DNA of 25,972 nucleotides. Source: Oscillospiraceae bacterium. GTDB taxonomy: Bacteria > Bacillota > Clostridia > Oscillospirales > Ruminococcaceae. Location: the NCBI GenBank assembly GCA_017451665.1, contig JAFTNX010000001.1, positions 1-25,972 on the forward strand. Reading direction: 5' to 3'. How positions within the stretch are numbered: the stretch's first letter is position 1; each line of letters opens with the position of its first letter. The notes under the pieces were generated by a model, which had not been told where the DNA came from, ran no database searches, and saw only the letters and a program-made list of their open reading frames with translations. This document shows positions 20,922 through 25,972 of the stretch, one piece after another. Both the position numbers and the translations under genes were made by a program.

Positions 20922-21635
20922 CTATTTTTCGGCACTTTCCGTCAATTTTTTAATATTCTCAGGCATAGCGACCTTCCCGACGCTATCCCTTTGTGAAATC
21001 ACCATTTTGTAGTGATACTGTGTGGTTTCACCATCTTTTTGGTATTCAGAACATTCCTCAAAATGAGTAAGCGTATCCTCTTTATCAAAATAAAAGTTCA
21101 CCGAGAAATATGTAAGTTCACCGAGATTATCTTCGCCGTTTATAACTGACGGTTCGTATTCATAGGCATAGCAAACGCCATTCTCATCTTCGGACTTATT
21201 CGTCTTGGCAACCTTAGCAGGTACAAAATAGAGATACTCATCATCGGTCATGGGATAACGGAAGTCATAGGTATATGCGTCATAATTAACACTCCCCTTT
21301 GAAACCTTTGTGACTTCGCCGTTTTCAAAGGTGTATGTTTCATAACCGTTGCAGTACTGTTCGTAAGGTTCGCCTTCTGAAACGCCTGTCAGGGAATAAA
21401 GCAGAATTCCCACCTCATCGTATTTGAAGGTCAATGTCTGTTCAATCTCATTTGTGTTGACGTTCCACACCTCAACGACACCACTATGAAGCTTTGAAAA
21501 ATCCTCTCTGGCTTTTTCAACTTCGCTCTGCCCTTCAACCGTATTTTTTTCACAGGCTGTAAGGCAAATCAGTGTTATCCCTATTATAAATAGTATATTT
21601 CCCAGATTTTGTAATTTTTTAACCATTTTTGTCAT
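20922..21635 (-). CDS. Lipoprotein of unknown function
   Basis: 237 aa; basic N-terminus, hydrophobic stretch and lipobox LTA-C (Cys28); acidic, Tyr-rich mature domain. Confidence 0.75.
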   Translation of the reverse strand: MTKMVKKLQNLGNILFIIGITLICLTACEKNTVEGQSEVEKAREDFSKLHSGVVEVWNVNTNEIEQTLTFKYDEVGILLYSLTGVSEGEPYEQYCNGYETYTFENGEVTKVSKGSVNYDAYTYDFRYPMTDDEYLYFVPAKVAKTNKSEDENGVCYAYEYEPSVINGEDNLGELTYFSVNFYFDKEDTLTHFEECSEYQKDGETTQYHYKMVISQRDSVGKVAMPENIKKLTESAEK

Positions 21636-21638
21636 AAT

Positions 21639-21908
21639 TTACAGGTTTTTGCAGGTTTTACAGAACACAAAAATTGAAAGTGCGATAGTGAAAATCTGTG
21701 CAATAGTAACATTGATAACAAAACCGATAGTAAACGTAACAATCATAAGGTCAAGAGTGACAGGACTTGTAATTCCTACACTTTTTCCCCATGCGAGCCA
21801 GTCAAGGCCATTTTTTCCGTCACAGATATGGCTGATAAAAGCCCCGAGAACAGCTCCTGCCAGCAGGAAAAATATAAAAGCGATAGTTTTTTTAAGATTT
21901 TTACCCAT
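21639..21908 (-). CDS. Small two-TM membrane protein, DUF4321-like
   Basis: 89 aa; GAVLG.F, LAWGKSVG..PVTLDL...F.IG..IN.TIA pattern. Confidence 0.7.
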   Translation of the reverse strand: MGKNLKKTIAFIFFLLAGAVLGAFISHICDGKNGLDWLAWGKSVGITSPVTLDLMIVTFTIGFVINVTIAQIFTIALSIFVFCKTCKNL

Positions 21909-21928
21909 AAAAGCACGTCCTTTTCTTA

Positions 21929-21961
21929 AACAATAAAGGCGAAAACCGAAGCTTTCGCCTT
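21929..21961 (-). terminator. Terminator-like hairpin after yabR (imperfect U tract, possibly leaky)
   Basis: AAGGCGAAAGC-UUCG-GUUUUCGCCUU followed by UAUUGUUU. Confidence 0.75.
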
Positions 21962-21971
21962 GTTTTTAAAA

Positions 21972-22508
21972 TTATTTTCTTCTTGCGCCTGTTCTTCTCT
22001 TATTATCCTGAATTCTCTTTAAATCAGAAAATTTCTCTTCACTTGTCTGTTTAAAGCGATTGAGCATATCCTCAAAGGAGTTATCCTTTGGCTGACTTCC
22101 CACGCTGTCAAACTCAGGCGGAGGCATACTTGCATCTCTTGGCTGTGAAACATTCTTCTTAAAGCCTTTGTTTCTGTCAAAGCTTCTCTGACCGTTTCCC
22201 TTATCAAAGCCCTTGCCGTTCCTGTCGCCGAAATTCTTCTTTGGTCTTTCAGGTGCAGGCATAGCCTTTTTGATTGAAAGGCTGATTTTTCCTTCCTCAG
22301 AAATTCCGATAACCTTGACCTTGACCTCCTGACCCACTGTAAGGTGGTCTTTAATTTCGCTGACGTATGTATTGGAAATCTCAGAAATATGTACCATTCC
22401 TGTTTTTCCCTCAACCTCAACAAAAGCTCCGAATTTAGTAATCTCCGTTACCTTGCCTTCATAAATGTTTCCAATCTCAAGCTGCATAAAAATTTCTTTT
22501 CCCCTCAA
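21972..22508 (-). CDS. yabR: S1-domain RNA-binding protein (YabR/YugI-like)
   Basis: GKVTEITKFGAFV, GMVHISEIS..YV, KISLSIKK; C-terminal SFEDML.RFKQ.SEEK. Confidence 0.85.
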   Translation of the reverse strand: MRGKEIFMQLEIGNIYEGKVTEITKFGAFVEVEGKTGMVHISEISNTYVSEIKDHLTVGQEVKVKVIGISEEGKISLSIKKAMPAPERPKKNFGDRNGKGFDKGNGQRSFDRNKGFKKNVSQPRDASMPPPEFDSVGSQPKDNSFEDMLNRFKQTSEEKFSDLKRIQDNKRRTGARRK

Positions 22509-22544
22509 ATTTATTAAAAACCGTAATCATACGGCAAAAAATCC

Positions 22545-22871
22545 TTAGTTTCCGCTCATAGCGTAATATCTTCTCTCATTTGCATAGCCGTAACCCATTC
22601 TTTCGATAGCTATACGTTCCATATACGCTTTTTCGTCCTCAGCGCTCAGAAGTCTGACATACTCGTCGTTTATCTGTTCAGCCTCAGTAATCTCGTCACG
22701 GATAAGCTGAAGCTCTGTTTCCCTTTCAGAAATTTCAGCCTGCTGAGTAATAATACTGATTACTGCATAAATAACCAGAAATACGATAACAAAAGTAAAT
22801 GCAGCATTAACAAGACCTGCATTTTTTCTCTTTGGCTTTTTCTTTACAGTCATGTCTGTCTGTTCTGTCAC
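22545..22871 (-). CDS. divIC: Septum formation initiator DivIC/FtsB family
   Basis: Basic N-terminus, one TM helix, coiled coil, ERIA.ERMGY....E motif; yabQ-divIC-yabR order. Confidence 0.8.
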   Translation of the reverse strand: MTEQTDMTVKKKPKRKNAGLVNAAFTFVIVFLVIYAVISIITQQAEISERETELQLIRDEITEAEQINDEYVRLLSAEDEKAYMERIAIERMGYGYANERRYYAMSGN

Positions 22872-22927
22872 GAAATCACTTCCTTACGTTTTTGTTGTCT
22901 TTTTCTCTCTTTTTTACCTAATTACAC

Positions 22928-22956
22928 ATTATAATTATACACCTAATTGTTGTCAA
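22928..22956 (-). promoter_or_regulatory. Perfect-consensus sigma-A promoter for divIC-yabR, overlapping the 3' end of yabQ
   Basis: TTGACA (22956-22951)-N17-TATAAT (22933-22928). Confidence 0.85.
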
Positions 22957-23431
22957 CTTTCAAGTGCTTTTTTCGACTTTTTTCGCTTTTTTGAAATCTT
23001 TTGGACTTTTGCACAAATACAGCCCTTGTTTTCGTTAATTTTTCACGAAAACCTATTAAAACCGGAGAAAAAACTCTCTTAAAAATTGGCTCAAAAAACC
23101 ATTTTTTAATAAAGAACACGATTTTTCTCACAAAAAACACCACAACATTCCCGGCTGTAAAGCGAAAAGCCATAAAACCTGCCACATTTCCCACAAGCAC
23201 AAAAAGTCTGAGCTGTCCCCTCACCAGCTCCATTGAAAAAACAAAAAAGCACAGGCTCGCAAAAAGCATATACAAAAAATCTTCCACAAAAACCATTATT
23301 CTGTTATGCTTAACCACTGCCCTGACAACTCTCACCACATCATAAACTGCCCCGAAAAACACGCCCAGCAGACAGGCACAACCGAATATCCAAAGCTCTT
23401 CCTTGGTGTTAAAAAATACCTCTGTACTCAA
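22943..23431 (-). CDS. yabQ: Spore cortex biosynthesis protein YabQ
   Basis: LLGVFFGAVYD..RV.R, EDFLY, GQLRLF; follows yabP. Confidence 0.85.
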   Translation of the reverse strand: MSTEVFFNTKEELWIFGCACLLGVFFGAVYDVVRVVRAVVKHNRIMVFVEDFLYMLFASLCFFVFSMELVRGQLRLFVLVGNVAGFMAFRFTAGNVVVFFVRKIVFFIKKWFFEPIFKRVFSPVLIGFREKLTKTRAVFVQKSKRFQKSEKSRKKHLKVDNN

Positions 23432-23442
23432 AGCAGACTCCT

Positions 23443-23718
23443 TTACTTAAACAGCTTTCCCAACAAATTAGCCTTTTTGTTTCTGTCCTTATCGCCATAA
23501 ATCACTGCACAAATGTCCCCTTCAACCGACAAATCCCCCGTTTCCACATTCATAACGTTGATATGTAGCTTTTTTCCCTTGATGATAAGCTCACCCAACT
23601 GGGTATACAATAAAATTGACCCCTCATCAAAGTTGTCAACATCTGTAACCCCCGTAAGCACGAGATTCTTTCGGTTTTCCAGAATTAAATTGTGTCTTCC
23701 CTGACCTGTATCAAGCAT
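23443..23718 (-). CDS. yabP: Sporulation protein YabP (likely start ATG 23718)
   Basis: HNLILENRK.L.LTGV.DV..FDE, T.LGEL.IKG..LHI, G.L.VEG.I. Confidence 0.92.
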   Translation of the reverse strand: MLDTGQGRHNLILENRKNLVLTGVTDVDNFDEGSILLYTQLGELIIKGKKLHINVMNVETGDLSVEGDICAVIYGDKDRNKKANLLGKLFK

Positions 23719-23738
23719 AACCATTCTCCTTTCAAAAA

Positions 23739-23770
23739 ACGCTCTTTAAAATTCTATTCACTGTTACAAG
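23739..23770 (-). promoter_or_regulatory. Possible sigma-E-type promoter of yabP (approximate coordinates)
   Basis: GAATACA-N15-AATAGAAT resembles the B. subtilis sigma-E consensus; yabP is sigma-E dependent in B. subtilis. Confidence 0.3.
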
Positions 23771-23850
23771 CTATGTATTCATTCATAAAAAACTTAATTT
23801 ATATTTACCAAAATGATACAATTCCAAACGTTTTCGATTTTTTCGTTCTC

Positions 23851-23878
23851 TTGAAAATAACTCCCGATGTGTTATAAT
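23851..23878 (+). promoter_or_regulatory. Sigma-A promoter of the alpha-galactosidase
   Basis: TTGAAA-N16-TATAAT with extended -10 TG, 38 nt upstream of the ATG. Confidence 0.7.
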
Positions 23879-23916
23879 TATGATAATGTTAATAAACAGA
23901 CGGAAAGGAAGTTATT

Positions 23917-25972
23917 ATGGGTATTTTTTATAACGAAAAGGAAAAATCTTTCAGACTTGACGCAAAAAACACATCATATATGCTCAAAGTAATCGACGAC
24001 GGCTATCTTGCTCACGTTTACTACGGAAAAAAAGTGCCTGATGAGGATTTGGGATACCTTCTCAGAATGGACGAAATCCCTACACCTATGGTTAAAAACC
24101 GTGAGCGTGGTACTTTTATGGACGCAACTCCATTTGAGTATTCCTGCTTCGGACTTGGCGATTACAGAGAAAGCTGTCTTAAAATCACAGACAAGGACGG
24201 AATGACAACTGTTGATTTGAGATATGTTTCACACAAGATTTATAAAGGAAAGCCAAAGCTCAAGGGACTTCCTGCTACTTTTACAAATAACGACGACGAG
24301 GCTGACACTCTTGAAGTTTTAATGCGTGACAGACACAACGGTCTTGAAGCTACACTTATCTACACAGCTTTTGCTGACCTTGACGTTATCACAAGAAGTA
24401 TTACGCTTAAAAACAACGGAGAATTTCCGATAAACATCACAAGAGTGCTTTCAACATGCGTTGATTTTGACCACGACAAGTTTGATATGATTACTCTTAA
24501 CGGCTCATGGGCGAGAGAACGTCACATCGAACGTGCACCTCTCCACCACGGAAAACAGCTTATCGACTCAATCAAGGGCGAAAGCTCACATCAGAACAAT
24601 CCTTTTGTGGCACTTGTTTCTAACAACGCTGACGAGGATATGGGCGAGGCTTATGGCTTTAACTTTGTTTATTCAGGAAATTTCTTTGCACAGGCTGAAG
24701 TTACACAGCACAAGAAAACACGTTTTGTTATGGGTATAAACCCACTTGACTTTGCCTGGCTTTTAGGTGTTGGTGAAGAATTTGTTGCACCTGAGGCTGT
24801 TATGGTTTATTCTGATGAGGGTATTGGTAAAATGTCAAGAACATTCCACGACCTTTACAGACAAAATCTCATAAGAGGCGAATACAAGGACAAGCGCAGA
24901 CCTATTCTCATTAACAACTGGGAAGCTACATATTTTAATTTTGACACAGAAAAACTCATTGCTATTGCAAAACAGGCGTCACAGCTTGGAATTGAAATGC
25001 TTGTTACGGACGACGGATGGTTTGGCCACAGAGAAAGCGAGAATTCCTCACTGGGCGACTGGTTTGTAAACGAAAATAAAATCAAGGGTGGGCTTAAATA
25101 CCTTGTTGATGAGGTAAACAAGCTTGGAATGAAGTTCGGTATCTGGTTTGAACCTGAAATGATTTCACCTGACAGCGAGCTTTACAAGGCACACCCTGAC
25201 TGGGCTATTCAGATTAAGGGACGTGAGCTTACACAGTCAAGAGAACAGTACGTTCTTGACTATTCAAGAAAAGAAGTCCGTGACCACATCTACGGAATGA
25301 TGAGAAAAATCCTAGACAGTGCAAACATTGAATACATCAAGTGGGATATGAACAGACAGATTACTGAGCCCGGTTCTATGGACCTCCCACCTGAAAGACA
25401 GAGAGAAATCTGGCACAGATACGTTCTTGGGGTTTATGACCTTATGGAAAGACTTACAACAGATTATCCTCACATTCTTTTGGAAAACTGCTCAGGTGGT
25501 GGCGCAAGATTTGACGCAGGTATGCTCTATTACAGCCCACAAATCTGGACTTCTGACGACACAGACGCTATCGAAAGACTTAAAATCCAGCACGGAACAT
25601 CAATGTGCTATCCTTGTTCAGCTATGGGCGCACACGTTTCTGACTGCCCTAACCACTCGGTTGGCAGAAACACACCTTTCAAGACAAGAGGCCACGTTGC
25701 TATGGTGGGAACATTCGGCTATGAGCTTGATGTAACAAGAATTCCTGAGGCTGACAGAAATATGATTCCTGCACAGATTGAAGAATTCAACAAATACAAC
25801 AAGCTTGTAAGAACAGGCGACCACTATCGTATCGGTAATACCTTTGAAAATATCGAATGGGACGCTTGGATGTTTGTTTCAAAGGATAAGAGCGAAGCAC
25901 TTTTTGAATTTGTTCAGGTGCTTTCAAGACCAAATTACCATTCAAGAAGAATTAAGCTCAAGGGACTTGACC
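23917..25972 (+). CDS. Alpha-galactosidase, glycoside hydrolase family 36; open to the window end and absent from the ORF track
   Basis: Read from ATG 23917 (SD GAAAGGA); 685 codons to the window end; motifs NNWEATYF, DDGWFG, GDW, FGIWFEPEM, YIKWDMNR (nucleophile), ENCSGGGARFD, WTSDDTD (acid/base), FGYELD. Confidence 0.95.
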   Translation, partial: MGIFYNEKEKSFRLDAKNTSYMLKVIDDGYLAHVYYGKKVPDEDLGYLLRMDEIPTPMVKNRERGTFMDATPFEYSCFGLGDYRESCLKITDKDGMTTVDLRYVSHKIYKGKPKLKGLPATFTNNDDEADTLEVLMRDRHNGLEATLIYTAFADLDVITRSITLKNNGEFPINITRVLSTCVDFDHDKFDMITLNGSWARERHIERAPLHHGKQLIDSIKGESSHQNNPFVALVSNNADEDMGEAYGFNFVYSGNFFAQAEVTQHKKTRFVMGINPLDFAWLLGVGEEFVAPEAVMVYSDEGIGKMSRTFHDLYRQNLIRGEYKDKRRPILINNWEATYFNFDTEKLIAIAKQASQLGIEMLVTDDGWFGHRESENSSLGDWFVNENKIKGGLKYLVDEVNKLGMKFGIWFEPEMISPDSELYKAHPDWAIQIKGRELTQSREQYVLDYSRKEVRDHIYGMMRKILDSANIEYIKWDMNRQITEPGSMDLPPERQREIWHRYVLGVYDLMERLTTDYPHILLENCSGGGARFDAGMLYYSPQIWTSDDTDAIERLKIQHGTSMCYPCSAMGAHVSDCPNHSVGRNTPFKTRGHVAMVGTFGYELDVTRIPEADRNMIPAQIEEFNKYNKLVRTGDHYRIGNTFENIEWDAWMFVSKDKSEALFEFVQVLSRPNYHSRRIKLKGLD

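Noticed and set aside
21972-22300. Low-complexity basic or charged segments in YabR and the S3 C-terminus
   Set aside because: These are ordinary disordered linkers or tails in these families, with no nucleotide-level tandem repeat.

Overview
Core chromosomal segment of a low-GC Firmicute, probably Clostridia of the Ruminococcaceae/Oscillospiraceae type (inferred from gene order and protein style). The centre (4698-20386, minus strand) is a complete S10-spc-alpha ribosomal protein superoperon from rpsJ to rplQ, including secY, adk, map, a KOW protein, infA and rpoA. It has a sigma-A promoter at about 20800, a ~400-nt structured leader containing an intrinsic terminator, and a terminator after rplQ. 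To the left are a punA-mtnA pair with its own promoter, a ~265-bp nested palindromic element, and a deoxy-sugar (fucose/rhamnose-type) operon: class II aldolase, FGGY kinase, and the start of a third gene. To the right are yabP-yabQ-divIC-yabR, a DUF4321-like membrane protein, an orphan lipoprotein and a divergent GH36 alpha-galactosidase that runs off the window. adk and mtnA are each broken by a single in-frame TAA, most likely a sequence error. There is no CRISPR array, transposase, tRNA or rRNA. The best leads are the S10 leader attenuator, a possible PNP/MtnA/aldolase salvage route for SAM by-products, the REP-like element, and a 15-nt promoter motif shared by the two sugar loci.
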